Shown here piece by piece: positions 50,624 through 60,573 of a stretch of 64,000 bases of DNA (its first letter is position 1; each line of letters starts with the position of its first letter). The DNA is taken from positions 21,292 to 85,291 of the forward strand of contig DASZTF010000148.1 of the NCBI GenBank assembly GCA_035548315.1. Reading direction: 5' to 3'. The translations under genes were made by a program, and so were the position numbers. The DNA is from Minisyncoccota bacterium. Lineage in GTDB: Bacteria > Patescibacteriota > Minisyncoccia > Phycocordibacterales > Phycocordibacteraceae. Under the pieces are notes generated by a model. The model worked only from the letters and a program-made list of their open reading frames with translations. It was not told where the DNA came from and searched no databases.

Positions 50624-52023
50624 AGCTTCCGAACCGAATCCTTGGTGATCTGCCACGAATCGCCGGTGGTGGGGACGATCGCTTTACCGCCCAGGTAGTC
50701 ATGGATGCGTTGGGCGAGGAAGCGTTCGCTCGACGGCTCGCCGAGCGCCGTGAAGATTAGCTTGGTCCTCCCCTCCTTGAGCGCGGCCTCAGCGAAGTCG
50801 AGCAGGCCCTCGCGGTCGGCATGCCCCGACCAGCCTTCGAGCACCTCGATGTGGGCTCGATTCTCGACCTCCCGGCCCTCGATACGCACCGACGGTGCGC
50901 CCTCCTGGATCATGCGGCCGGGGCTCCCGGGGGCCTGATATCCCACCGTAAAGAGCGTGGTGGTGGGGTCCGGCAGGTAGCGCTGCTCGTGCCGACCGAT
51001 GCGCCCGCCGTGACTCATGCCCGCGCCGGCGATGATGATCTTGGGGTTCGGCGTCTTCTCGATGTCCATCGATTCCTCGCGCGATTTAGTCGTGGTGAGG
51101 AACGGGAAACGGAACAGGCTCGTCTCTCGCTTCATTTCTTCTTCTGCTTCCGGCTTGAAGTACGTAGGCCCCCACTTCTCATACACTTCTGTCACCGCGA
51201 TAGCTAGTGGCGAATCTAGAAACACAGGAATCTTTGGTAAATCTCCTGCGTCAAAGAAATTAGAAAGCTCGTAGAGCATGAGCTGCGTGCGCTCTATGGA
51301 AAATGCGGGAATGAGAATAGCCCCTTCCCGCTCGATCGCGCGTTTGAGCGTGTCTTTAAGTCGCGAATCACGATCCGCCTTCGGCGGATGCGCACGGTCG
51401 CCATACACACTCTCCATGAGTAGCACGTCAGCATCCGGGACTGCTTCCCAGTCTGGCAGAAGCGGCGATGGTGAATTACCGATATCGCCCGTAAGCGCGA
51501 GCGCCGTCCCGTCTGCAGCCTTTATCCGCACACTTGCAGAGCCGAGTATGTGTCCGGTGTTGCGCAGATATATGGATAGGCCCGAAGCGATTTCTTTTTC
51601 TTCGTGGTACGGCACGGTCTCGATCAATCGCAGGAATGTATCAACGTCTTTGTCATCGAAAAGGGGTGGTAGCTGTTTGCGCTGCGCATCTTCTGCCATG
51701 ATGTGAGCGCTGTCGCGCAGGATGAGCTCCGTAAGGTCACGCGTGGGCTCCGTCATGAACACGCGCCCACAGAATCCGTCCTTCGCCAGTTTCGGGCAGC
51801 GGCCCACGTGGTCGAGGTGCGCGTGCGTGATCACGAGCGCGTCTATGGTGGCTGGATCATACGGGAAGGGTCCGTACGCATCGCGCTCCACATAATCCCT
51901 CCCCTGCTCGATACCGCAGTCGATAAGTATCTTTGCACTCTCGGTCTCTACGAGAAAGTTTGACCCAGTAACCGTCTCCGCCGCACCGCAGAAGGTGAGT
52001 TTGAATCCGCTACTCATGAGCAA
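50620..52023 (-). CDS. MBL-fold beta-CASP family metallo-hydrolase (RNA-metabolising type)
   Basis: HxHxDH (ITHAHLDHVG), beta-CASP motifs, 467 aa. Confidence 0.75.
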   Translation of the reverse strand: MLMSSGFKLTFCGAAETVTGSNFLVETESAKILIDCGIEQGRDYVERDAYGPFPYDPATIDALVITHAHLDHVGRCPKLAKDGFCGRVFMTEPTRDLTELILRDSAHIMAEDAQRKQLPPLFDDKDVDTFLRLIETVPYHEEKEIASGLSIYLRNTGHILGSASVRIKAADGTALALTGDIGNSPSPLLPDWEAVPDADVLLMESVYGDRAHPPKADRDSRLKDTLKRAIEREGAILIPAFSIERTQLMLYELSNFFDAGDLPKIPVFLDSPLAIAVTEVYEKWGPTYFKPEAEEEMKRETSLFRFPFLTTTKSREESMDIEKTPNPKIIIAGAGMSHGGRIGRHEQRYLPDPTTTLFTVGYQAPGSPGRMIQEGAPSVRIEGREVENRAHIEVLEGWSGHADREGLLDFAEAALKEGRTKLIFTALGEPSSERFLAQRIHDYLGGKAIVPTTGDSWQITKDSVRKL

Positions 52024-52390
52024 TGACCGGCTTCCACACCGTGTGGCGTGCGATGAAGTACACCGCGACCGCCCCGATGGCGTCGTTCAGCACATCGTGT
52101 GCGGTGTCCCACACGTAATCCACGCCGGGCACGACCGCGATGCCCGCGACCGCCTCAAAGAGCTCCCAGGCGAATGCCGCAAGCGCGATAAGCAGCAGGT
52201 AACGCCAGGGCTGCCAGCGGCTCCCGAGGATGCCTATCGCGATGAGGCCGATCGTGGCACCGCCGAGGATGTGCATGGGTGTGTCGAACCAGCGATACTT
52301 CCAATACTCGAAGTTCACAATGGCCCAAATATGGAGCACGGCCAGGATGATTGCAGAAACAAGGGCTGCAAGCAACCAGCGGAGATTCAT
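52010..52390 (-). CDS. Small integral membrane protein
   Basis: 4 TM helices; start choice uncertain (M at 52390 or 52471). Confidence 0.4.
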   Translation of the reverse strand: MNLRWLLAALVSAIILAVLHIWAIVNFEYWKYRWFDTPMHILGGATIGLIAIGILGSRWQPWRYLLLIALAAFAWELFEAVAGIAVVPGVDYVWDTAHDVLNDAIGAVAVYFIARHTVWKPVIAHE

Positions 52391-52662
52391 GCAGTACATT
52401 TTACCATTCACCGAAACGCAAAAACCCGGCCGATGCCGGGTATCTGCGTGAGCCGCCCCAAGAAGTAGCAACTTCTTTAGCCAGGTGGGTGATCGAACGG
52501 CGTTCCAAGGAGCGCCTTAATCTAAATCTCCCGAGATGTAGGCAGTTGCGAATATAAGAAGCGGCTCTGCCTGTAGTATACGTCGCTCGGCCAGGTTACC
52601 CAAAAGGGTACGCTCCAAGCCGCTCGGCAGTCAGCCCCTTTTGGCCAACCTGCCTTCGCTCT

Positions 52663-53241
52663 TTATTCCCCGTGGCGGGTGTAGGAGTAGATCGGCGACT
52701 TGCCGAACCAGTACTCGATCTCGTGCTCAGCCTCTTCCGGGGTCTCCGATGCGTGCATGAGGTTCATCACCGCGCGCTTCTCGGCGTTCGCGAGTGCCGG
52801 GGAGTCGTTGGAGTAATCGCCGCGGATGGTGCCCATGTCGGCGAGGTACGGCATCGTGGGGCCCGAGATCTTGCGGACCATATCCACCGCGTGAATACCC
52901 TGGACCACCATGCGCACGAGGGGTGCCGAGACCATGTAGTCGACGAGCCACTTGCGGATCTCGGGGCCGATCTTCTCCGGTTCCGTAGTGCCGAAGTCCT
53001 TCATCGCGTCGTAGCCGTACTTCTCATAGGTCGAGAGTGTCTTCTCGCCGAGGCGCTTGATCCACGCCGGATCCTTCGGGTAGTGGTTGTCGATCTGCTC
53101 CACGGTCGGCTGGAACATCTCGAGCGCCACGATCTTGAGATCGCGCTGCTCAAAGCGCTTGATAATTTCTCCGATGAGGCCCTTCTTCACTCCGTCGGGC
53201 TTCACCATAACGTACGTCTTCTCTTCTTTTGGGTTTTTCAT
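52663..53241 (-). CDS. ndk: Nucleoside diphosphate kinase (with about 35-aa insertion)
   Basis: EKTYVMVKPDGVKKGLIGEIIKRFEQ… and NLMHAS (active-site His region). Confidence 0.75.
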   Translation of the reverse strand: MKNPKEEKTYVMVKPDGVKKGLIGEIIKRFEQRDLKIVALEMFQPTVEQIDNHYPKDPAWIKRLGEKTLSTYEKYGYDAMKDFGTTEPEKIGPEIRKWLVDYMVSAPLVRMVVQGIHAVDMVRKISGPTMPYLADMGTIRGDYSNDSPALANAEKRAVMNLMHASETPEEAEHEIEYWFGKSPIYSYTRHGE

Positions 53242-53342
53242 ATAAATAAAAATCGCCTAGGGCGTTAATGCAGTGAGTATACGCGAAAGCAACCATAAAC
53301 AAAAGCCCCGCTACACGGGGCTTTTGCAGGACGGGACGAGAG

Positions 53343-53624
53343 CTAGGAGCCGTTCCCTACCGTTTCCCCACCCGAGGCATTACTCGACGAATTGCCGTCG
53401 TTACCGCCCGGGAGGGTGATATTGATGCTGCCGGTGGAGTTACCGCCCTGCGCGGGGGCCACGTACGCATGGTGGTAGTGGTACCACACGAAGAGCCCCA
53501 CGATAACCGCGATCAATATGATGACCGCGATCGCCCAGCCTGCAGAAGACCCGCTATCAGTAGTGCGTTCAACCGTCACGACGCGGTCGGGCCCGGAGTC
53601 GTTGATAACAGTAGCCATAATCAA
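53343..53624 (-). CDS. Small anchored protein with Gly/Asn/Ser-rich tail
   Basis: TM + HYHH + GN/GS low-complexity tail; terminator hairpin at about 53310-53335. Confidence 0.4.
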   Translation of the reverse strand: MIMATVINDSGPDRVVTVERTTDSGSSAGWAIAVIILIAVIVGLFVWYHYHHAYVAPAQGGNSTGSINITLPGGNDGNSSSNASGGETVGNGS

Positions 53625-53676
53625 GAATATCGGTGATGGGTAACGCTCCTAGCGTAGCCCGCGCACCATGAGCCCA

Positions 53677-54459
53677 TTATGAAGCCTCGGAGGGGCGGCG
53701 GGTGAGCACCGTCGTCCCGCGGTCTTCTACCAAAATAGTGTGCTCAAAGTGCGCGGAGCGCGAGCCATCGCGTGTCGCATAGGTGTACCCATCGGGGCGC
53801 AGCACCACGGCACCCTTCCCCATATTCGCGATCGGCTCGAGGGCGAGCACCATACCCGAGACAATCTCTTCCCCTGTGCCTGGGTGGCCCACATTCGCGA
53901 TCCATGGCTCTTCATGGACGTGCGCACCCACACCGTGCCCGCCGAGCACCTTCACGATCGAGAACCCTGTACCGTCGTACGCCGTCTCAATCGCGTGAGA
54001 AATATCACCAATATGATTCCCTACTTTTGCTGCGGCGATTCCCGCTTCAAGCGCGAGCCGCGTGGCGTCCACGAGTTCGTAGGAGCGCTGGTCGGTCCTC
54101 CCCACCGCGACAGTGAGCGCAGAATCGACGATGAATCCCTCGTGCACGAGTCCCAGGTCGAGCGTGACAATATCGCCTTCTGCGAGTATGCGCGGGCTCT
54201 CATTCGGGATGCCGTGCACCACCTCATCGTTCACCGATACGCACAGCGTCGCGGGATAGGGCCGCGCAGCACCATCGGGTGTGTAGCCCAGAAAAGCGGT
54301 AGTGTCGCCGCGCTCTTTGATGTATTCATTGGCGAGGTCTTCGAGCGTATGCGTTGAAACTCCTGGTCGCACCTCTTGTGCAAGCAGATCGAGTACTTCA
54401 CCCAAGTGCCTCCCTGCTACCAGTGCGCGTGCGCGTTCTTCTGGGGTATGGATAGTCAT
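53677..54459 (-). CDS. map: Methionine aminopeptidase type I
   Basis: …VHGIPNESPRILAEGDIVTLDLG…, metal ligands D, D, H, E, E. Confidence 0.9.
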   Translation of the reverse strand: MTIHTPEERARALVAGRHLGEVLDLLAQEVRPGVSTHTLEDLANEYIKERGDTTAFLGYTPDGAARPYPATLCVSVNDEVVHGIPNESPRILAEGDIVTLDLGLVHEGFIVDSALTVAVGRTDQRSYELVDATRLALEAGIAAAKVGNHIGDISHAIETAYDGTGFSIVKVLGGHGVGAHVHEEPWIANVGHPGTGEEIVSGMVLALEPIANMGKGAVVLRPDGYTYATRDGSRSAHFEHTILVEDRGTTVLTRRPSEAS

Positions 54460-55031
54460 CAGGAAAGGCGCGCGACCAAGTCTGCGTGGATCGTTTCAAT
54501 CGTCGGCGTGCCGTCAACTTCGATGAGCTTGCCCTGCGTGCGGAAGAATTCCAGGACTGGCTCCGTCTGTTCAGTGTATGTCGTGAAGCGCGCGCGGATC
54601 TTCTCCTCGCTGTCGCTGTCGGGCCGGTGTTCCGACTTCGCACGTTCGATCATGCGACTGAGCGTCTCTTCTTCTGGCACCGCCAGATGGATGACCGTGT
54701 ACGGTCGCTCGAGCCAGGTGAGCACGCCATGGCAGAGCTGCGCCTGCGGCACCGAGCGCGGATAGCCTTCGCAAATCACGCCGGCGTCGGGGCTGAGCTT
54801 GAGCATCGTGTCTTCAAAAAGATACGAAGCGAACCAATCCGGCGCGAGCTTACCCGCATCGTAGAGCGTGCGGATGCGGTCACCCAGGGGCCCCGGCTCG
54901 TCCCGAAGCGCTTTGAACCGGTCTCCCGTGGAGAATATGCTCCAGCCGAACTTCTCCGCGAGAAGCTTGGCCTGAGTGCCCTTCCCCGACCCCGGGCGGC
55001 CAAACAGAAAAACTGTTTTCGTGTCGCTCAT
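54459..55031 (-). CDS. adk: Adenylate kinase (short, no zinc lid)
   Basis: GRPGSGKGTQAKLLAEKFGW…. Confidence 0.85.
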   Translation of the reverse strand: MSDTKTVFLFGRPGSGKGTQAKLLAEKFGWSIFSTGDRFKALRDEPGPLGDRIRTLYDAGKLAPDWFASYLFEDTMLKLSPDAGVICEGYPRSVPQAQLCHGVLTWLERPYTVIHLAVPEEETLSRMIERAKSEHRPDSDSEEKIRARFTTYTEQTEPVLEFFRTQGKLIEVDGTPTIETIHADLVARLS

Positions 55032-55035
55032 GCTG

Positions 55036-55614
55036 CTAGTGTACCTCGTCGAGCTCGTTCTGCACGGCTTGTTTAAAAGCTGCCTTTGCTTCTTCAAGTT
55101 CTCCAGCGTAGTTGCGCAGCACTACATCCGCCATGTCCTTGAACGGAAGTTCATCGTCGTACCGCTGCTTGCGCTTCTCGATCTCTTCATCTGTGATGGA
55201 GCCGCGTGCGCGCACACGCTGCTCGAGCTCGCTCCAGCTGCCCGCGTCGATATAGAACAGCTTGAGCTCCTCGCGCGGTAACTGCGCGAGCATCTGGCGG
55301 ATACCCTGCACTTCCATTTCCTTGAGCATGATGACGCCCGACGCAACGCCTTCGTCGAGATCCTTGCGGCTCGTACCGTACCGAGCGCTACCAAATTGAG
55401 CCCACTCGATGAACTCTGCATCCGCGATCATGCGGTCAAACTCAGCGTCGTCGATAAACTCGTAGTGCGCGTTCTCGAGCGCTGTGCGACGAGTACGCGT
55501 GGTGTACGTCTTGAGGTAGCGGATCTCGGGGAGTTCCTTGTGTACGTAATCGATCAGCACACTCTTGCCGCTCCCCGTGGGACCGATGATGAGAATCAAT
55601 TTCCCGCGAGCCAT
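55036..55614 (-). CDS. gmk: Guanylate kinase
   Basis: GPTGSGKSVLIDYV… ; positioned between secY and adk. Confidence 0.8.
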   Translation of the reverse strand: MARGKLILIIGPTGSGKSVLIDYVHKELPEIRYLKTYTTRTRRTALENAHYEFIDDAEFDRMIADAEFIEWAQFGSARYGTSRKDLDEGVASGVIMLKEMEVQGIRQMLAQLPREELKLFYIDAGSWSELEQRVRARGSITDEEIEKRKQRYDDELPFKDMADVVLRNYAGELEEAKAAFKQAVQNELDEVH

Positions 55615-55637
55615 TTTCTTAATCTAGCACGCGGCGA

Positions 55638-56912
55638 TTAGTATTCGCGGAGCGAGACCTGCGCGTCTACTTTGCGCACGAGGTCGAGTATCACCTGGAC
55701 CGCGATGAGGAGCGCCGTGCCACCGACGAGGATGGCCGTGACGCCCGTAAGGCCTTCCACGATGAACGGGATGACGGCCAAGAGACCGAGGAAGACGGCG
55801 CCCGGGAGCGTGATGCGATTCACCACCGCTCCGATGTAGCGCTCGGTCTCAGGACCCGGACGCACGCCCGGCACGAACGCGCCCGACTTCTGGAGGTTCT
55901 CCGCCACGCGGTGCGGCTCGAACGTGATCGAAGTATAGAAGTACGTGAAGATCACGACGAGCACGAAGTACACGGCACCATACTCAAAACTGTTTGAGGT
56001 GAACGATGCGTAGTGGAGCGCCCACGCACTTGCCCAACCGATGCCGAGCGCTGAAAGGCCGTTCAGGACCATCTGCGGGAATAGAAGCAGCGAGAGTGCG
56101 AACACGATCGGGATCACGCCGGTCTGGAGGAGACGGATGGGGAGGTACGTGGCAGCACCCTGTGCATTAGCCGCGCCGCGGACGGCGCGTGCGTACGCGA
56201 TCGGAATGGAGCGCTCTGCTTCCGATACGATCACCACGGCGTACACAATCGCGATAGCGATCGCGACGAACGCGAGGTACGACGGAATGTTCGCCGTCGT
56301 AAAGGTGAAGGCCAGCTGGGAGACGCCGCTCGGGATGCGCGACGCGATACCCGCAAAGATGATGAGCGAGACGCCGTTACCGATACCGAACTCGGTGATG
56401 AGCTCACCGATCCACATGAGGAGCATCGAGCCCGCGGACACGAGCATGATATCGCTCACGAATACGATCGGATCGAGCTGCCCGAGCACGCCCTGGCTCT
56501 GGAGGAGCGAGAGGAATGCGACCGCCTGAATGATCGCGATAGGAATGGTGATGATGCGGCTCCACTCGATGAACTTCGCACGGCCGGCCTCCCCTTCCTC
56601 CGTGTACATACGCTTCACGCTCGGGAAGAGGATGGTAGCGAGCTGCATGATGATCGAGCCGGTGATGTAGGGTGCGACGCCGAGCATCACGAGAGACAAC
56701 TTCGAGAATCCACCGCCCGAGAAGACGTTGAGGAGTCCGAAGAACTGATTGTTCGAAAAGAATGCTTCAAGCGCATTGCGGTCGACACCCGGGATAGGAA
56801 TCGCCGCGAGGAAGCGGAATACGGCAAACGCCCCGAGCACAAAGAGGATGCGCAGGCGGATGACCGGATCGGTGATGGCGATGTGGAGCTTGTGGAAGAA
56901 GGAGCTAAGCAT
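55638..56912 (-). CDS. secY: Preprotein translocase subunit SecY
   Basis: 10 TM helices; start taken at MLSSFFHKL (56912) rather than the upstream listed Met. Confidence 0.9.
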   Translation of the reverse strand: MLSSFFHKLHIAITDPVIRLRILFVLGAFAVFRFLAAIPIPGVDRNALEAFFSNNQFFGLLNVFSGGGFSKLSLVMLGVAPYITGSIIMQLATILFPSVKRMYTEEGEAGRAKFIEWSRIITIPIAIIQAVAFLSLLQSQGVLGQLDPIVFVSDIMLVSAGSMLLMWIGELITEFGIGNGVSLIIFAGIASRIPSGVSQLAFTFTTANIPSYLAFVAIAIAIVYAVVIVSEAERSIPIAYARAVRGAANAQGAATYLPIRLLQTGVIPIVFALSLLLFPQMVLNGLSALGIGWASAWALHYASFTSNSFEYGAVYFVLVVIFTYFYTSITFEPHRVAENLQKSGAFVPGVRPGPETERYIGAVVNRITLPGAVFLGLLAVIPFIVEGLTGVTAILVGGTALLIAVQVILDLVRKVDAQVSLREY

Positions 56913-57348
56913 ATGCGACGACAGAGCCGCCTGCCTTCTCGATGGCAGCGCGTGCCGAGCTCGAGACCGAAACGCCCGAGACCGAAAGCGCTGCGGAGAG
57001 CTCGCCCGCACCGAGGATCTTCACGCGGTAGCCCTTCTTTACGATGCCCTTCTTCACGAGCGTCGCCGGCGTCACCGTATCCCCCGCCTTGAAGGCGTTA
57101 GCGAGTACCGCGAGGTTCACCACGGCGACCGGGGCCTGCGGGCGCACCGTGCGTGCGCGGTTCTTACCATGACCACGGCGCTTCGGGAGCTTCTTGATGA
57201 TGTCGCGCATCTCCGGGCGGATCTTGTGACCCGCGCGTGCCGTCTGGCCCTTACCGCCGTGACCACTCGTTTTGCCGCGCTTACCACCGCGACCGACGCG
57301 ATGGCTCGTGACCCGCTTGGATTTTGCTTTGAGAGAGTTGAGCTGCAT
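56905..57348 (-). CDS. rplO: 50S ribosomal protein L15
   Basis: MQLNSLKAKSKRVTSHRVGRGGKRGKTSG…. Confidence 0.9.
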   Translation of the reverse strand: MQLNSLKAKSKRVTSHRVGRGGKRGKTSGHGGKGQTARAGHKIRPEMRDIIKKLPKRRGHGKNRARTVRPQAPVAVVNLAVLANAFKAGDTVTPATLVKKGIVKKGYRVKILGAGELSAALSVSGVSVSSSARAAIEKAGGSVVAYA

Positions 57349-57359
57349 ACGTTTGGAAA

Positions 57360-57962
57360 TTACTTGCTCTGGAGCTGCTTGAGCGCCTCGACCGTCGCGC
57401 GCGCGATGGTCAGCTTGTTCTTGGTGCGCGAGAGGATCTTGGTGATCACGTCGTTCACACCCGCGAGCTCGAGCACGGTGCGCATCGCAGAGCCGGCCAC
57501 CAGACCGCGGCCCGGGCTCGGCATGATCGAGACGACCGACGATGCGTACTTAGCAGCGACGTCGTGCGGGATCGAGCCCGAGTCGGTGCGTGCAATGGTG
57601 ATCATGTGCTTCTTGGCGTCGCGCGTCGCTTTATCAATAGCGAGCGCAGTATCGGCGCCCTTACCAAGACCCACACCCACACGACCCTTCTTGTCGCCGA
57701 TCACGATCGCCACGCTGAAATTGAAACGGCGACCACCGGCCATCACGCGGGCCACGCGGCGCACATCGATGGTCACGGAGTCGAACTCGCTGCGCTCGCG
57801 CGGTGCGCGCGTACGCGGACCACGGCCACCGTCGCGGCCACCGCGACCACGCGGGCCGCCGCGGCGGTCACGCATATCCGGACGTGCTCCTGCATCTACC
57901 GGTGCTGCTTCCTGAGGAGCAGTTTCCGTGATCGGTGCGTTCTCGATGAGAGTATCAGCCAT
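57360..57962 (-). CDS. rpsE: 30S ribosomal protein S5 with about 55-aa Arg/Gly-rich N-terminal extension
   Basis: …VTIDVRRVARVMAGGRRFNFSVAIVIGDKKGRVGVGLGKG…; N-terminus RDRRGGPRGRGGRDGGRGPR. Confidence 0.88.
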   Translation of the reverse strand: MADTLIENAPITETAPQEAAPVDAGARPDMRDRRGGPRGRGGRDGGRGPRTRAPRERSEFDSVTIDVRRVARVMAGGRRFNFSVAIVIGDKKGRVGVGLGKGADTALAIDKATRDAKKHMITIARTDSGSIPHDVAAKYASSVVSIMPSPGRGLVAGSAMRTVLELAGVNDVITKILSRTKNKLTIARATVEALKQLQSK

Positions 57963-57970
57963 AAAAAATA

Positions 57971-58321
57971 TTAGAATTGAAGTCCGCCTGCGCGTGCCGC
58001 ATCGGCAAATGCCTTCACCTGTGCTGCGTAGGCATAGCCGCCACGGTCGAAGACGACTTTCGTCACACCCTTGGCAGATGCGCGCTTTGCGATCTCCGTA
58101 CCCACCGCACCCGCCTGCGCGGTGAGCGTGCCCTTGAACTCGCGGCCGTGTGCTGCTGCCACGGTGGTGCCGTTGTCGTCGTTAATAAGCTGCGCCGAGA
58201 CAAAGCGATTGCTCTTGTAGATGGCGAGGCGCGGACGCGCTTCGGTGCCCTTCACGGACGCACGCACCCGCTTGTGGCGGCGCTGACGGAGTTGCTGACG
58301 AGTAGTCGGGAGTTTGTTCAT
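57971..58321 (-). CDS. rplR: 50S ribosomal protein L18
   Basis: …RPRLAIYKSNRFVSAQLIND…. Confidence 0.9.
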   Translation of the reverse strand: MNKLPTTRQQLRQRRHKRVRASVKGTEARPRLAIYKSNRFVSAQLINDDNGTTVAAAHGREFKGTLTAQAGAVGTEIAKRASAKGVTKVVFDRGGYAYAAQVKAFADAARAGGLQF

Positions 58322-58327
58322 ACGGTA

Positions 58328-58861
58328 TTAGACGGCCTTCTTGCCCTGCTTGCGACGGATGGTTTCGTCGTTGTAGCGGATACCCTTACCGAGGTACGGC
58401 TCCGGCGGCTTCACCGCGCGGACATTTGCCGCGAACTGACCGACGACGTCTTTGTCGGCACCCTCGACGGTCATGACGTTCTTTTCCACCGTGACGGTGA
58501 TACCTTCCGGGATGGCGAGCTTCACCTGGTGCGAGAAGCCCACCGTAAAGACGAGCTCCTTGCCCTTGAGTTCCACGCGGTAACCCACGCCCTCGAGGAT
58601 GAGGCCGCGCTTCCAGGGGGTCTCAACGCCCTGCATCATGGTGCGCACGTGCGCTGCGTACGTGCCGGTGAGCGCCTTCGCGAGACGCGAGCTGTCCTTG
58701 GCCGTGATCTCCACGCCCTCGGCACCCACCGTGATGCCCACGAGCGGATGAAGCGGCTTGGTGAGCGTCGCCTTAGAACCCTTTACGGAAAGCGAATTAC
58801 CCGAAGCGGTGACTTCGATTTTGGCCGGGACGGGAATGGGTTTCTTTGCAAGTCGGCTCAT
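58328..58861 (-). CDS. rplF: 50S ribosomal protein L6
   Basis: MSRLAKKPIPVPAKIEVT…. Confidence 0.9.
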   Translation of the reverse strand: MSRLAKKPIPVPAKIEVTASGNSLSVKGSKATLTKPLHPLVGITVGAEGVEITAKDSSRLAKALTGTYAAHVRTMMQGVETPWKRGLILEGVGYRVELKGKELVFTVGFSHQVKLAIPEGITVTVEKNVMTVEGADKDVVGQFAANVRAVKPPEPYLGKGIRYNDETIRRKQGKKAV

Positions 58862-58879
58862 AAATGTTTCGAGGGATGA

Positions 58880-59278
58880 TTACCAGATTTCAAATAGATC
58901 TTCTCCGCCCGCTTTTACTTTCCGGGCTTCCTTATCCGAGAGGATGCCCTTCGGCGTCGAGATGATGCGCGCGCCCATGCCGTTCTTAACGCCGTGCGCT
59001 TCCTTGGAAGATGTGTAGAGACGGCGGCCCGGCTTGCTGATGCGCTTCACGCCGTGGATCTTCGGATTGCCGCGCTCGTCGAATGCGAGCGTGACCTCAA
59101 GCTGCTTGCCGCCCTTTGCCTTGGTCGAGGACTCGACGGTGGCTACGTAGCCGAGCTCGCGGAGTTTCTTCGCGACCGCTTCGATGTGCGCAGAGTACGG
59201 CAGCGAGATATTCGCCTTGCCGACCATGCCGGCATTCTGAAGACGCACGATAAAGTCACCGACGCGGTCGCTTACCAT
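58880..59278 (-). CDS. rpsH: 30S ribosomal protein S8
   Basis: [21 protein letters not shown]…. Confidence 0.9.
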   Translation of the reverse strand: MVSDRVGDFIVRLQNAGMVGKANISLPYSAHIEAVAKKLRELGYVATVESSTKAKGGKQLEVTLAFDERGNPKIHGVKRISKPGRRLYTSSKEAHGVKNGMGARIISTPKGILSDKEARKVKAGGEDLFEIW

Positions 59279-59541
59279 GATGCTTTCTTGATGCCCGGGA
59301 TCTTGCCTTCGCGGGCAAGCTCGCGGAACTGGATGCGCGAGAGACCAAACGCGCGCATGTAGCCACGGGGACGACCAGAGACCGCGCAGCGGTTCTTGAG
59401 ACGGACCGGAGAGGCATTTTTCGGGAGCTTCTGGAGGCCATCCCAATCACCGGCAGCCTTAAGAGCCGCGCGCTTCGTAGCGTACTTCGCCACGAGCTTT
59501 TCGCGTTTCTTATTGCGGGCGATGGTTGAGGTTTTGGCCAT
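59272..59541 (-). CDS. rpsN: 30S ribosomal protein S14 (long, non-zinc type)
   Basis: [28 protein letters not shown]… …[14 protein letters not shown]. Confidence 0.88.
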   Translation of the reverse strand: MAKTSTIARNKKREKLVAKYATKRAALKAAGDWDGLQKLPKNASPVRLKNRCAVSGRPRGYMRAFGLSRIQFRELAREGKIPGIKKASW

Positions 59542-59652
59542 ACAAAAATAGCTCCGGAGAGCGTTCCCCCAATCTATCACCTAGGGAATGAGCCGTCAAA
59601 CGAATGACCCGCCGCCTGATTAGGGCGACGGGCCGGGTAGGTAATGTGCGGT

Positions 59653-59943
59653 CTAGCCGCGGGGACAGGTCTTGCTGCGATTCTCCTGGCACTCCCACAG
59701 GTAGTTGCTGAAGGCCGTTATGAAGGAGTCTGGGTTCTTGTTGAGCGCGTAGCGCTCTACAAGGACGCCAACCACGGCTGCCTCAATACGAAAACCTGGG
59801 GCGTCGTGGTCGAGCTCGAGCTCCTTTTCGAATGCAGCCACAGCGGCGTTGATACGGGCTGTGGTACGCGGAGCGCGATCCAAATTCCGTGTGGCTTTCC
59901 AGACATCGCTGAGCGAGATCCTGAGGGCAGGACTGAGGGGCAC
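59653..59943 (-). CDS. Hypothetical 96-aa protein inserted between rplE and rpsN
   Basis: GTG start with AAGGAG Shine-Dalgarno 7 nt upstream; helical, no known domain. A competing + strand ORF (59644-59964) has a weaker ribosome-binding site. Confidence 0.45.
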   Translation of the reverse strand: MPLSPALRISLSDVWKATRNLDRAPRTTARINAAVAAFEKELELDHDAPGFRIEAAVVGVLVERYALNKNPDSFITAFSNYLWECQENRSKTCPRG

Positions 59944-59986
59944 CGTTCTTCTCCTTTTTACTGAATGGTTGCGCCGGAAGTAAAAT

Positions 59987-60020
59987 ACAACATGCGTTGA
60001 CTTTCGTCAACGCATGTTGT
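59987..60020 (-). terminator. Perfect 15-bp inverted repeat with 4-nt loop + U-rich tail (intrinsic terminator/attenuator) downstream of rplE
   Basis: acaacatgcgttgac-tttc-gtcaacgcatgttgt; on the minus strand it is followed by AUUUUACUU. Confidence 0.55.
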
Positions 60021-60037
60021 GAGCACTTGTAAAACTA

Positions 60038-60571
60038 TTAGTCGCGGAGCGGGATGCCGAGGTGCTTGAAGAATGCGACCGCGTCCTTCTTATTTTTCGC
60101 CGTGGTGACTACGGTCACGGCGAGGCCGAAGAGGTCCTTCACTTCTTCATCGCTCGTCTCCGGGAAGATTGTGTGCTCCTTCACGCCGATGGTGAGGTTG
60201 CCCATGTTGTCGACCGCGGAAGACTTGAGGCCGCGGAAGTCGCGCGTGCGCGGGAGCGCCACGTGGATGAGCTTGTCGAGGAAGTCGTACATGCGTGGGC
60301 CGCGGAGCGTGATCTGGTAGCCCACGGTATCGCCTTCGCGCACCTTGAACGACGCGATCGAGATGCGTGCCGGACGAGCCGACGGCTTCTGGCCCGTGAT
60401 CTTCATGAGGCGATCCTGGATGAGCTCGAGCTGCTTCTTGTCGCGCTTCTTGCCCACGCCCGAAGACACCACCACCTTCACGAGGCGAGGCGATGCCATG
60501 CAGTTCTTGTACCCGCCGTCTGCTTTGAGGGCTTCGTAGGCGCCCTGCTGCCTTTCTTTAGTCATCATCAT
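60038..60571 (-). CDS. rplE: 50S ribosomal protein L5
   Basis: …NCMASPRLVKVVVSSGVGKK…. Confidence 0.9.
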   Translation of the reverse strand: MMMTKERQQGAYEALKADGGYKNCMASPRLVKVVVSSGVGKKRDKKQLELIQDRLMKITGQKPSARPARISIASFKVREGDTVGYQITLRGPRMYDFLDKLIHVALPRTRDFRGLKSSAVDNMGNLTIGVKEHTIFPETSDEEVKDLFGLAVTVVTTAKNKKDAVAFFKHLGIPLRD

Positions 60572-60573
60572 AC

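Noticed and set aside
59644-59964. 106-aa + strand ORF in the rplE-rpsN gap
   Set aside because: It competes with the minus-strand 96-aa ORF. The minus-strand ORF is co-oriented with the operon and has a canonical AAGGAG ribosome-binding site, so it is preferred; neither can be excluded.
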